32,000 nucleotides of DNA from Erysipelotrichaceae bacterium (GCA_030604855.1 JAUVVC010000004.1:90001-122000); one strand, 5' to 3'. Counted from the first letter of the stretch, positions 8,159 to 20,817 are shown. The notes: a model not told the origin generated them from the sequence alone. Numbers and translations are program-made.

Positions 8159-11100
8159 CAATGACTCCTTTTCAAAGGTAGATTTTGTGTCTTATCCAGA
8201 ATCGCCGTAGCCGTAAACAACCAATCTTCGTGTTTAGGGATCAAAACGACGATGTTTCCACCAGTATACTTCAATTTTACATCCGCGGAAACCCGGGAGA
8301 CCATTTCAAAGAATTTGACACCATCGATCTTACTGGACCAATCGGCACTGAAGATGAGTTGAAGCTCTTGTTTGAGTTCTCGGAAGGACTGTACAAAGGG
8401 TGCTTTCAATAGAAGTTCCCAACGCTTCTTCTCAAACAATAGGATGACGGACTTTGGAAGTTTGCCATACAAATCCTGTGTTTCTATAAGGAGTTCACTC
8501 AGTTGAGCTTCATTTTTAGCGGCTTCAATCCGCTGATATAGACTCAACTTCTCAAAATCCTTAGGTTCGAATTGTTTCGGAATATACCCATCGATTTGAA
8601 TCGTTTGACGGATCTCTGGCTCTGCTTCTTCCACAACGATGCCTGTTCGTTTTTCTTCAATGGCTTGGTGAAGCATCTCGATATACATGTCCATGCCGAC
8701 CGTATCGATGAAGCCGGATTGTTGGTCACCCAACATCTCCCCTGCCCCACGAATGGTCAAATCACGCATCGCAATCTTATAGCCACTGCCGAGTTCAGTG
8801 AATTCTTTGATGGATTGAAGTCGTTTCTGTGCGATTTCACTGAGTTGTTTACGTGGATTATACATCAAGTAAGCATAGGCCAAGCGACTGCTTCGTCCCA
8901 CACGTCCTTTAATTTGATAGAGTTGGGATAATCCAAAGGTATCGGCCTGATCGATCAAAATGGTGTTGGCATTGGGAATATCGATGCCGGTCTCAACGAT
9001 GGTGGTACACACCAAGACATTGACTTCATTTTTGTTGAATTTAAGCATGACATCTTCAATATCATCACGATGCATCTGTCCGTGCGCAACCGCAACCTTC
9101 GCATCTGGGATCTCTTTTTCTAAACTTAGAGCAACATTATGAATCTCAGAGACATTGTTATAGAGATAAAAGACCTGTCCACTGCGCGATAACTCGCGTT
9201 GAATAACATCACGGATCACAGCTTTATTCTTCTCAATGACATAAGTCAATACAGGCAATCGATTCAAAGGTGGGGTATCCAGTTGTGATAAAGCACGGAC
9301 CCCTACCAAAGACATCTGTAAGGTTCGCGGAATCGGTGTGGCGCTGAGTGAGAGCACATGGACGGTTCTTCGCACTTCTTTGATTTTTTCTTTATGTTCG
9401 ACTCCGAAGCGTTGTTCCTCATCGATGACCAATAAACCGAGGTCTTTGAAGCCGATATCTTTAGATAAGATACGATGGGTTCCAATCAGGATATCAATGC
9501 GTCCTTCTTTAACCGCTTTGATGATCTCTCTTTGATGGGATTCCGGAACATAGCGATTCAACACCGCCACATTGACCGGATAGTTCTCTAAACGATTCAG
9601 GAAGGTTCGGAAGTGTTGCTGGGAAAGAACGGTTGTGGGGCATAAGAAAGCGACTTGTTTCTTTTCGCTGACCGCTTTGAAGGCAGCACGGAGTGCGACT
9701 TCGGTCTTACCAAAACCGACATCTCCACACAAAAGACGATCCATAGGCTTGGCCTGCATCATGTCCTTTTTGACATCTTCCACCGCAACTTCTTGATCAC
9801 TCGTCAATGGATACTCGAATTCTGCTTCAAATTCTTTCTGCATGGTTGTGTCTTCACCAAATTGATAAGCGATTTCGTGTTCACGTTCACCATACAAGTT
9901 GATCAAACGTTCCGCAATGTCTTTGACACTTTCTTTGATCTTTGCCTTGGTTTTCTTCCAATCATTGGATCCCAAGGTATGTAGTTTCGGTACGACCCCT
10001 TCTCTGGAGACAAACTTACGCACCAATTGGAATTGTTCCAAGGGGACATAGAGACTGCTGTTGTTTCGATAGACGATGTGTAGGAAATCCCGGTGATTCC
10101 CTTGGATCTCTTTGGTGATGATACCGAGATATTGACCTACCCCATATTGATGATGGACGACATAATCCCCTGCTTCGAGTTCTTGATATGAGTGTAGGCT
10201 CTCTGCTTCTTTGAATTTACTGTTGTAGCGCCCGATATGAACCGCATGATTGAAGAGTTCTTTGGATCCATAAACACGGATTTGGGGCTCAAGGAACTCA
10301 AACCCATCATCCAAGTCCTGATGTAAGATGACCAAGCCTGTCTCCATCTTATCTTTGAGTCGAACAGAGTACGGTACCTTCAAATCCACCAGCATTGGCA
10401 GTAATTGTTTGATTTCATGTTCCTTCAAGCAACACACAACCAATTTTTTCTCTGCTTCCAGCTTTAAATTCTTGGCGTGGATGAAAAGACTTTCTTGTGG
10501 GACATCCAATTCTCTGAAAGGCAGACGTTGATGAGTGCTCTTGGTTTCAAAGCGTCTGAAATCAATGCGCTGATACCCTGCCATGCTTTCATAGAGATGA
10601 TTGAAGACGTCGTAGATCGCAAATGCTTGATTGTTTTGTGATAACTCAACCAAATAATCCAAAGTTTCCTCTTGAAGACGTTTGATGTGTTCATCCACAT
10701 CCTCCGTTGACGATAAAATGATGGTTGGATGATCAAAATACTGAAAAAGATGACCCTTTTGCTTCAACAACACCCGGTAGCGATACAAATGATTCTCTTT
10801 GATGCGCGATTTGATATAGCTTAAATCATTTTCGACCTGCTCAACCAATTGCGCATGTGCATCCATCTTCTTCAATTGCGCTTCTTTACGCAACTGTTCA
10901 TGAATCTTATCTTCAAGTTCAAAGATTTCTTGGTCACTAAAAATCAGATCACTACAGGGGTGAATCAAGATTTCATCCAGCTTGGATAGAGTCCGTTGTG
11001 AGGACAAGTCAAAAATACGAATGCTTTCGATCTCTTGATCAAAGAACTCAATCCGTATCGGTTCATTTTGATTAATGGGAAACACATCCACGATCTCACC

Positions 11101-11610
11101 TCTAGTCGCAAAACAACTGGGTTGATCGACTTTGGAGACCTCCTTATACCCTAGGGTGCGCAGCGATTGCTTCAACTGAGCCATTTGAATGCTTTGTCCA
11201 AGCTTCAAATGAACCCGATTCTCGCGATAGAAAACAGGACGAGGATAATAACGAAGGGCTGCGCCAACGTGAGTGACACAGACCAAATCCTTTTCTTCAC
11301 TGAGTCGCGAGAGACTTTCCATACGAATCGCATTGATTTCCGGAGAGGCCGCAATGGCTTCTACGCGTAAGGATTCTTCAACCGGAAAGAGAACGATCTT
11401 GTTATCCAACCAGAATTGAATCTTGTCGTAAAGTTGCTGAGCCTGATAAAGATTGCTTTTAACGATGACGATCGGTCGTGGTTTATTGAGATAACTTGAG
11501 GCGATCAACAGTGCTTCTTGTGTTGGCGATAGATGCGCAAAAGAAGCCTTTCCATTTGAAAAGTCTTCGATGACAGGATGCTTGATAAGTTTAAATATTA
11601 AATCTTTCAT
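8158..11610 (-). CDS. mfd: transcription-repair coupling factor
   Basis: 1150 aa with a UvrB-homology N-terminus, a CarD/RID-like region (GDYVVHHQYGVGQY) and superfamily-2 helicase motifs (GDVGFGKTEVA, DEEQRFG, SATPIPRT). Confidence 0.97.
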   Translation of the reverse strand: MKDLIFKLIKHPVIEDFSNGKASFAHLSPTQEALLIASSYLNKPRPIVIVKSNLYQAQQLYDKIQFWLDNKIVLFPVEESLRVEAIAASPEINAIRMESLSRLSEEKDLVCVTHVGAALRYYPRPVFYRENRVHLKLGQSIQMAQLKQSLRTLGYKEVSKVDQPSCFATRGEIVDVFPINQNEPIRIEFFDQEIESIRIFDLSSQRTLSKLDEILIHPCSDLIFSDQEIFELEDKIHEQLRKEAQLKKMDAHAQLVEQVENDLSYIKSRIKENHLYRYRVLLKQKGHLFQYFDHPTIILSSTEDVDEHIKRLQEETLDYLVELSQNNQAFAIYDVFNHLYESMAGYQRIDFRRFETKSTHQRLPFRELDVPQESLFIHAKNLKLEAEKKLVVCCLKEHEIKQLLPMLVDLKVPYSVRLKDKMETGLVILHQDLDDGFEFLEPQIRVYGSKELFNHAVHIGRYNSKFKEAESLHSYQELEAGDYVVHHQYGVGQYLGIITKEIQGNHRDFLHIVYRNNSSLYVPLEQFQLVRKFVSREGVVPKLHTLGSNDWKKTKAKIKESVKDIAERLINLYGEREHEIAYQFGEDTTMQKEFEAEFEYPLTSDQEVAVEDVKKDMMQAKPMDRLLCGDVGFGKTEVALRAAFKAVSEKKQVAFLCPTTVLSQQHFRTFLNRLENYPVNVAVLNRYVPESHQREIIKAVKEGRIDILIGTHRILSKDIGFKDLGLLVIDEEQRFGVEHKEKIKEVRRTVHVLSLSATPIPRTLQMSLVGVRALSQLDTPPLNRLPVLTYVIEKNKAVIRDVIQRELSRSGQVFYLYNNVSEIHNVALSLEKEIPDAKVAVAHGQMHRDDIEDVMLKFNKNEVNVLVCTTIVETGIDIPNANTILIDQADTFGLSQLYQIKGRVGRSSRLAYAYLMYNPRKQLSEIAQKRLQSIKEFTELGSGYKIAMRDLTIRGAGEMLGDQQSGFIDTVGMDMYIEMLHQAIEEKRTGIVVEEAEPEIRQTIQIDGYIPKQFEPKDFEKLSLYQRIEAAKNEAQLSELLIETQDLYGKLPKSVILLFEKKRWELLLKAPFVQSFRELKQELQLIFSADWSSKIDGVKFFEMVSRVSADVKLKYTGGNIVVLIPKHEDWLFTATAILDKTQNLPLKRSH

Positions 11611-12167
11611 TCGATGGTATTATATTTCGTCATTAAATCCACAAATTTTATCGCTGTGAAGTCTTCCGCACACTGTACACAACGTTTGATCACAGATTCT
11701 AGACGTTCTTCCTCTTCTTTTGTGAACTTGCCTAAGACATAGTCTACAGTTGGAATGACGGGACTCTTGTCGATCCCAATACGCAATCTTGGGAATTGTT
11801 GGGTACCGAGATGTTGAATTGTGCTTTTCATTCCGTTGTGTCCGCCCGCACTGCCCTTCTCTCTTAAGCGAAGTTTTCCAACCGGTAGATCCAAATCATC
11901 ATAGATGATTAAAAAGTCTTCTGGAGATAACTTATAAAAATCCATAATCAAGCGAATCGCTTCACCAGATAAGTTCATGAATGTCAAGGGCTTTACGCAC
12001 AAGACGTTTGTGCCATTGATTTTGATCTGAGCGATTTCACTCTTAAATTTGTTTGATGTCTTTACACCGTGTTTTTGTAATAAAGCGTCAATCACACGAA
12101 AACCGACATTATGTCGGGTTTTCTCATAGGGTTTACCGGGATTGCCCAGTCCAACGATACATTTCAT
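11607..12167 (-). CDS. pth: peptidyl-tRNA hydrolase
   Basis: MKCIVGLGNPG...TRHNVGF signature. I use ATG 12167; the track start at 12173 is a GTG two codons upstream. ATGA overlap with mfd. Confidence 0.93.
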   Translation of the reverse strand: MKCIVGLGNPGKPYEKTRHNVGFRVIDALLQKHGVKTSNKFKSEIAQIKINGTNVLCVKPLTFMNLSGEAIRLIMDFYKLSPEDFLIIYDDLDLPVGKLRLREKGSAGGHNGMKSTIQHLGTQQFPRLRIGIDKSPVIPTVDYVLGKFTKEEEERLESVIKRCVQCAEDFTAIKFVDLMTKYNTIE

Positions 12168-12202
12168 ACTCACTATTATACACCAGCCTTATTTGGATAG
12201 AA

Positions 12203-12224
12203 AAAGCTTAGTGAACTAAGCTTT
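12203..12224 (-). terminator. hairpin terminator at the 3' end of jag/khpB
   Basis: Minus strand reads aaagcttag-ttca-ctaagcttt followed by ttctatcc (giving a TTTTT run together with the last three stem bases). The stem includes the jag stop codon. Confidence 0.55.
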
Positions 12225-12830
12225 GTTTTTATCGTAGAAAATCTTTAAACGTCGTTGATTGCGTTCGCCAACACTCTCCGTACGGATGTTTTTCATCGTA
12301 CTCAAGTACTGGTGGATGACTTTACGTTCATCATTCGGTAAGGGATCCAAGGTTGCAGGAATCTTGGTTCTTAAAACGGTCTTAGCGATGCGATTTGCCA
12401 TGGCGATTACTTTTTCGTAACGTTCGACCTTATAATTGTTGATGTCGACCAAGACATTGAAGTGTTTTCTGAACTCAGAACTGATTGCGCTTCGGACAAC
12501 GGTATTCAAGGAATGAAGGGTTTGACCGCTCTTTCCAATCAAGATCGCATTGTTTTCAGCATTCAACATCACTTTCAAGCCTTCACTGTCTTCACCAACC
12601 GTAACCTCTACCTCAAGTCCGATGTTGGCAAAGAATGTGGTGAGATATTGATGCATGAAATCCAAGACGTCGGTGAGTGCATAAATTTCAGCTGTGACTT
12701 GATTGCCGAAACCAAGAAAGCCGGTTTTTTCTTCTTTGATGAAGTAGGTCAAGGCATCGACTGTAACGTCTTTTTCCTTCGCTGCCTTACTTAAACATTC
12801 ATCCAGCGTTTTACCTGTATAGAGCTTCAT
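12216..12830 (-). CDS. khpB: RNA-binding protein Jag/KhpB (Jag_N, KH and R3H domains)
   Basis: 204 aa. N-terminus MKLYTGKTLDECLSKAAKE (Jag_N), KH-like GKSGQTLHSLN, C-terminal R3H-like region. Conserved position after yidC. Confidence 0.88.
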   Translation of the reverse strand: MKLYTGKTLDECLSKAAKEKDVTVDALTYFIKEEKTGFLGFGNQVTAEIYALTDVLDFMHQYLTTFFANIGLEVEVTVGEDSEGLKVMLNAENNAILIGKSGQTLHSLNTVVRSAISSEFRKHFNVLVDINNYKVERYEKVIAMANRIAKTVLRTKIPATLDPLPNDERKVIHQYLSTMKNIRTESVGERNQRRLKIFYDKNKA

Positions 12831-12832
12831 TT

Positions 12833-13717
12833 TTACTTACCTGCGTTGGGTGTGATGTATTTATATTGAATGAACACGGTTTGTGCGACTTGAGCAATCG
12901 CTGTAACCAACCAATACAAGGACATCGCCGTTGGCCAGTTGATAGCCAAGACCATGATCATACCAATCGAGGTATACATCATGACTTCCATATTAGGACC
13001 AGACTTTTTCGCTTCTTTGTTTGCGTATGCTTTTTCTTTAACTGGAGCTGTTTTCTTTTGAAGGTACTGCGGTAACTTCATGGAAATGAATTGGAAGACA
13101 CCCATCAAGATATAGATAGCCATGAAAATCCAAACACCTTGGGTGATGGAAGCCATTGGACTGATTTGTAGACTATTACCCATGACACTACCGTTTACGA
13201 CGGCATCCGCACGTTGCACCGCTTGGTACATCGCGATGATGACTGGGAATTGGATGAACATAACCAAGATCGCTCCAAATGGATTGATTTGGTGTTTTGC
13301 ATAAATCGCGTTCATTTCTTGACCCATACGCATTTTGGATTCGTTATCGGTCTTCCCTGCATACTTATCTTGAACTTTTTTCAATTCAGGATTGATCATC
13401 TGCATTTTTTGAGAAGCAACGGTTGATTTAATCGTGAAGCTCAGCGTTAAGAGTTTGATTAAAATCGTAACGATGATGATTGAAAGAATGACGCCTGTGT
13501 ACTTCGCAATGAAGTTGATGGCTTGTGAGATTGGGAAGACAAAGAAAGCCGAGAACCAGCTCTCATCCGCAAGGATGTCTCCGATTTGTGTGCTTAAGGT
13601 AATGATCTTCTCAGGAATGATGATTCCTTCACTGTCTACGACACGTGTACATGCGGTCAGAGCAAAGAGCAATGTCAATGCGATCCACATTTTTTTATTC
13701 TGTAACAACTTTTTCAT
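12833..13717 (-). CDS. yidC: membrane protein insertase YidC (lipoprotein type)
   Basis: 294 aa with lipobox LTAC at the end of the signal peptide and a YidC/Oxa1 core (multi-TM, ...MMYTSIGMIMVLAINWPTAMSLYW). Lies after rnpA. Confidence 0.92.
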   Translation of the reverse strand: MKKLLQNKKMWIALTLLFALTACTRVVDSEGIIIPEKIITLSTQIGDILADESWFSAFFVFPISQAINFIAKYTGVILSIIIVTILIKLLTLSFTIKSTVASQKMQMINPELKKVQDKYAGKTDNESKMRMGQEMNAIYAKHQINPFGAILVMFIQFPVIIAMYQAVQRADAVVNGSVMGNSLQISPMASITQGVWIFMAIYILMGVFQFISMKLPQYLQKKTAPVKEKAYANKEAKKSGPNMEVMMYTSIGMIMVLAINWPTAMSLYWLVTAIAQVAQTVFIQYKYITPNAGK

Positions 13718-14072
13718 TCAAATCTCCTATAAGGCTTACATTTGCCTTTGATTTCATTCTTGCGAAACACTGGCTTAACGCTTTCAAATTCGATGCGTAA
13801 TCCAGCGTTTGGTATTGATTCCTCACCATAATAACACAATCGTAGTTTTCTTTGAATTCCGTTATTTCGAGACACATCATCCGCACTTGCCGCTTGATTC
13901 GATTTCGCACCACAGCCGATCCCAGTTTCTTACCTACAGAGATTCCAATTCGACTGTGTTCCAAGAATCTAGGTCTATAATACACAGTAAAAGACGGATT
14001 GGAAACAAATTTCTTTGCCTTGATAATCTTTTGGAATTCTTCATTTTTTGTAATGCGATATTGCTTCTTCAT
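13695..14072 (-). CDS. rnpA: ribonuclease P protein component
   Basis: 125 aa, basic, with RITKNEEFQKI...GISVGKKLGSAVVRNRIKRQVR (RNR motif). Lies directly after rpmH. Confidence 0.92.
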   Translation of the reverse strand: MKKQYRITKNEEFQKIIKAKKFVSNPSFTVYYRPRFLEHSRIGISVGKKLGSAVVRNRIKRQVRMMCLEITEFKENYDCVIMVRNQYQTLDYASNLKALSQCFARMKSKANVSLIGDLNEKVVTE

Positions 14073-14104
14073 ACTTTAATAAAAAAATCACCCGTAGGTG
14101 ACTT

Positions 14105-14239
14105 TTATGCCGACAAAACCTCTCTGCCCTTGGCACGACGTCTAGCCAAAACTTTCCGTCCGCCAACCGTTTTCATTCTTGCTCTGAAACCGTGGACCTT
14201 TTGGTGTTTTCTTTTGCTCGGCTGATAAGTTCTTTTCAT
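14105..14239 (-). CDS. rpmH: 50S ribosomal protein L34
   Basis: Hand-translated, too short for the ORF track: [44 protein letters not shown] (44 aa). GGAGG RBS 8 nt upstream. Confidence 0.97.
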   Translation of the reverse strand: MKRTYQPSKRKHQKVHGFRARMKTVGGRKVLARRRAKGREVLSA

Positions 14240-14289
14240 ATGAGCCACCTCCACTTTTAAATTGATACAAATTGAACAATTGCTTTTAG

Positions 14290-14318
14290 ATTATAACGAT
14301 AATATGTCTATAAGTCAA
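14290..14318 (-). promoter_or_regulatory. rpmH-rnpA promoter
   Basis: Minus strand reads TTGACT (14318-14313), a 17-nt spacer, then TATAAT (14295-14290). Confidence 0.55.
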
Positions 14319-14528
14319 CAAAACCGTTCCAACTTGATTTTATTTACCCTTTTTCACTCCTTTCCATTCAAATTATTGCTTATTCCTTATAAAGAGAATG
14401 ATCTCCCTTAGATTTAAATTCTTCAATTTCAGTTCAAATGAATGCGTTCTCAACCAATGAACACATACCTAATCAAATAGAAATGTGATGTATTTCATAT
14501 ATCGTGTATAAATTCCTAAAATGAGTGA

Positions 14529-14778
14529 GTTATCCCCAACGCTAAATTGGGGATAACATCAGCTTTTACCCACTGATTTTATATTGAGTTAGACACCGTG
14601 TTGTGAATTTGTGGAAAAGTGTGAAATCCTTTTTATTTACTTGCTTAAACTGTTCACACTAGGGTGTTCATAACTTGTTAAAACATTGGTTTTTTCCACA
14701 ATTATCCACTGTGTACAAAAAGTTGAAAACTTTTACACGAAATTCATGTTTTAAAAAGATGTGGATAACTGTGGAAAA
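14529..14778. other. oriC, upstream DnaA-box cluster (between rpmH and dnaA)
   Basis: Matches to TTATCCACA or its complement: TTATCCCCA 14530-14538, TGGGGATAA 14548-14556, TGTGGAAAA 14610-14618, TTTTCCACA 14692-14700, TTATCCACT 14702-14710, TGTGGATAA 14760-14768 (perfect), TGTGGAAAA 14770-14778. Confidence 0.85.
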
Positions 14779-14908
14779 CTCTGTTATCTCCTTTATTTAT
14801 AAGCTATTATGAATCTTGCAACTGTGTAAAAGTTGGTGGGTAAAAATTTAGCTCTAGAAATGCACTCATTCCGAGCGTAAAATGAAATTCACTAGAAGGG
14901 TATTTGGT

Positions 14909-16261
14909 ATGACAGGGGTAGAATATTTTTACAACGATCTTTGGTCAAAAGCAAAGAATCGATTAAAAGACGACAGTTCAATTGGCAAACTCGTGTACGA
15001 AACTTATTTCGAGGAATCGAATCTCGTATTTTTAAATGAGGAGAAAGCAATCATTTCCGTACCAACAAATCTTCAGAAAATGATTCTTTCACAAAAATTG
15101 ACTTTGATTGGGAATGTATTAAGCTCGATATTACAACATAACGTGGACTGTGAAGTTCATTTGGATCAAGAATATTTTAAAGCAAGCAGTCAAGTTGATG
15201 AAATTGAAGAAGAAATGATTGAGGATGATCACGTCATGCCTGAATATTCCTTTGATAATTTCATTGTCGGTCCAAGCAATAAAGAAGCGCATTCCGCTGC
15301 TTTGGCTTGTGCTTATACGCCTGGTAAGTTTTATACACCTTTGTTTATTTATGGTAATTCTGGCTTAGGCAAGACTCATTTGTTGAATTCAATCGGTAAT
15401 TATATTAAACAAAACGATCCTCATAAGAAGGTATTCTATACTTCGAGTACGGATTTTGTGACGGCTGTCGTCAATTCCATCAAAGACAACTCCATTGAGA
15501 AGTTTAAAAACAAAATGAATCATTTGGATGTATTGCTTATGGATGACATTCAATTCATTGCCGGTAAAGAAAAATCACATGAAGTCTTTTTCAATATTTT
15601 CAATGAACTTGTAAACAACAAGAAGCAAATCGTTTTAACCAGTGACCGTAATCCTTCTGAAATCAAAGGTTTGGAAGATCGTTTGATTAGTCGTTTCTCT
15701 TCAGGATTATCGGTTGGAATGGATTCTCCTGAGTTTGAAACAGCTTTGGCCATCTTGAAATTCAGACTTGAATACCAAGCGGTTGACGCATCTATGATTG
15801 ACGATGATGTTTTAAGTTACATTGCAACGAATTTTTCTAAAGATGTCCGTAAATTGGAAGGTGCTTTGAATCGTTTACTCTTTTATTCCATTAATTTCAG
15901 TGGAAGTGAACGCATTGATTTCAAAGTGGCTTTGGCTGCCTTCAAAGGGACTGGTTCTAGCGATAAGAATGAGCTTTCTGTCAATAAAATCAAACGTGTC
16001 GTAGCAGATTACTATGGTTTAACCAAGCAACAATTGACGTCCAACACAAGAACCAAGAATATTGCGACTGCACGTCATATTGCGATGTATTTTTCACGCA
16101 AGATGTTGGATCTTCCTTTTTCTAAAATTGGAGATGAATTTGGAAAGCGCGATCATTCAACGGTAATGAATGCTTGCGAGAAAGTCGACCGCTTTTTGAA
16201 AACCGATATGAATTATAAACAAGCCGTAATGGAGATGGAGAAATTATTAAGCAATAACTAG
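14909..16261 (+). CDS. dnaA: chromosomal replication initiator protein DnaA
   Basis: AAA+ Walker A (GNSGLGKTHL), box VII, and a C-terminal DNA-binding helix (ATARHIAMYFSRKML...FGKRDHSTVMNA). The start is ambiguous. I prefer ATG 14909 (GAAGGG 10 nt upstream) over the track start at 14882 (no RBS). Confidence 0.95.
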   Translation: MTGVEYFYNDLWSKAKNRLKDDSSIGKLVYETYFEESNLVFLNEEKAIISVPTNLQKMILSQKLTLIGNVLSSILQHNVDCEVHLDQEYFKASSQVDEIEEEMIEDDHVMPEYSFDNFIVGPSNKEAHSAALACAYTPGKFYTPLFIYGNSGLGKTHLLNSIGNYIKQNDPHKKVFYTSSTDFVTAVVNSIKDNSIEKFKNKMNHLDVLLMDDIQFIAGKEKSHEVFFNIFNELVNNKKQIVLTSDRNPSEIKGLEDRLISRFSSGLSVGMDSPEFETALAILKFRLEYQAVDASMIDDDVLSYIATNFSKDVRKLEGALNRLLFYSINFSGSERIDFKVALAAFKGTGSSDKNELSVNKIKRVVADYYGLTKQQLTSNTRTKNIATARHIAMYFSRKMLDLPFSKIGDEFGKRDHSTVMNACEKVDRFLKTDMNYKQAVMEMEKLLSNN

Positions 16262-16380
16262 TTATCCACATCTATTCACTTTTAATTAACACATAAAAAT
16301 GATAAAATAAGACTGTATATTAAAGGCTTTTGAGGCCTTATCCACATTGCCCACAGGCTTAATTATAATAATACCCTAAT
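16262..16380. other. oriC, downstream part (dnaA-dnaN spacer): two perfect DnaA boxes plus AT-rich candidate unwinding region
   Basis: TTATCCACA at 16262-16270 and 16338-16346. An AT-rich tract at 16271-16330 lies between them. The second box is followed by a GC-rich spacer ttgcccacaggc and then TAA-TTA-TAA-TAA-TAC (16360-16374). Confidence 0.75.
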
Positions 16381-16399
16381 GGTATCAGGAGGCTAACGC

Positions 16400-17521
16400 A
16401 TGAATTTTAGAATTTCGAAACGTGTTTTCTATAATGCTTTATCGGTTGTTTCAAGAGCCATCTCTGCGAATTCTCCTTTACCGTGGTTATCGGGGATTAA
16501 GATTGAAGCAAAAAAAGATGAACTCGTATTGACGGGTAGTGATTCCGATGTATCGATTCAGAAAGTTATTAAAGCAGATCGCAACGATGCTTTTTTTGAA
16601 ATCAAAGAAGAAGGATCGATTGTTATCGAAGCCAAGTATATTTTAGAAATCGTTCGTAAGATTGATGCGGATGAATTGATCGTGGAAGTTGTGGATGGTT
16701 CGTTGACAAAGATTTCTGGACACTCTGCGGAATTCAACATCAATGGCATGAAAGCTTCGGATTATCCAGCGATTGATTTCACGATGCCGACGAAGCAGAT
16801 TGAAATCGATGCGGATGTCTTGTTGAAAGTCATCACGCAAACAAGTTTTGCGACGAGTGATAAGGAAACACGTCCAGTTTTGACCGGTGTCAATTTCAAA
16901 TGTGATGGTTCGATTTTGGAATGTGTTGCGACGGATAGTTTTAGATTGGCAAAGAAAACCATTCATGTGAACAATACGCAGTCTTTTAATATCACCATTC
17001 CTGCAAAGAGTTTAGGTGAAGTTGCTAAGACCTTGGAACGTGATGAGAAAGTTTTGATTTGTGTCAGTGATAAGAAAGCTCAATTTTGGATTGATCATAC
17101 CGTCATTCAAACGCGTTTGATTGATGGTTTGTATCCAGAGACAAGTCGTTTGATTCCAACGGAATTCATGTATGAGTTGACTTTGGATGCGCGTGATATT
17201 CTCAATGCGATCGACCGTGCCTCCTTCATCAAGAGTGAAGGAATATCCATTGTTAAATTGAGTGCCAGTCAGAATGAAATCGTCATCAGCACCAAATCTC
17301 AAGAAGTGGGTTCGTCCATGGAAAAACTTCAAGCGATTTCATATAAAGGGAATCCTTTGGAAATATCCTTCAGTGGACGTTATGTCTTCGATGCGGTACG
17401 TGTTTTGAATGGATCGGTCGTTAAATTGGAGTTCAGTGGTGAGATGAAACCCTTCATCATTCGCAATGTGGATGATGAGTCGATTCTGCAGTTGATTTTA
17501 CCGGTTCGTACCTATTCTTAA
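16400..17521 (+). CDS. dnaN: DNA polymerase III subunit beta (sliding clamp)
   Basis: 373 aa, N-terminus MNFRISKRVFYNALSVVSRAIS, three-domain clamp length, AGGAGG RBS at 16388-16393. Confidence 0.95.
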   Translation: MNFRISKRVFYNALSVVSRAISANSPLPWLSGIKIEAKKDELVLTGSDSDVSIQKVIKADRNDAFFEIKEEGSIVIEAKYILEIVRKIDADELIVEVVDGSLTKISGHSAEFNINGMKASDYPAIDFTMPTKQIEIDADVLLKVITQTSFATSDKETRPVLTGVNFKCDGSILECVATDSFRLAKKTIHVNNTQSFNITIPAKSLGEVAKTLERDEKVLICVSDKKAQFWIDHTVIQTRLIDGLYPETSRLIPTEFMYELTLDARDILNAIDRASFIKSEGISIVKLSASQNEIVISTKSQEVGSSMEKLQAISYKGNPLEISFSGRYVFDAVRVLNGSVVKLEFSGEMKPFIIRNVDDESILQLILPVRTYS

Positions 17522-17529
17522 AGCCTTAA

Positions 17530-17556
17530 ACACCCTGAGCAAGAGGGTGTTTTTTA
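17530..17556 (+). terminator. rho-independent terminator after dnaN
   Basis: acaccct-gagcaag-agggtgt followed by tttttat. Confidence 0.75.
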
Positions 17557-17598
17557 TGATATAATTTATGAGGATTTATATAGAAAGAAGGTTCTTAA

Positions 17599-17798
17599 AT
17601 GATAGTCATTTCAACACCTTATATCACACTCGGTCAGCTGTTGAAGATGACAGATTGGATCAGCTCTGGGGGCCAGGCGAAAATTGCGGTCAAGACATTA
17701 AAAATTAAAGTTAATGGAGAAAAAGAGGATCGTAGAGGTCGTAAATTGTATCCCAATGATGTGATTGAAATTGAAGGCAAATCGTATACAATCGGACA

Positions 17799-17802
<4 letters not shown>
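17599..17802 (+). CDS. yaaA: S4-domain protein YaaA
   Basis: 67 aa in the conserved position between dnaN and recF, with an S4-like ITLGQLLKMTDWISSGGQAKIAVK... sequence. A TGaTATAAT promoter element lies at 17557-17565. Confidence 0.85.
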
Positions 17803-20808
<3,006 letters not shown>

Positions 20809-20817
20809 GAGGACGAT

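Noticed and set aside
14882-14908. N-terminal extensions in the ORF track for dnaA (14882), tmk (4772), nudix (4669), gpmI (7561), gyrB (18862), serS (25109), tadA (26570), pth (12173) and yabO (8161)
   Set aside because: The extensions are non-conserved, lack RBSs and overlap promoters, RNA elements or upstream genes. Internal ATGs with SDs or conserved N-termini were used instead.
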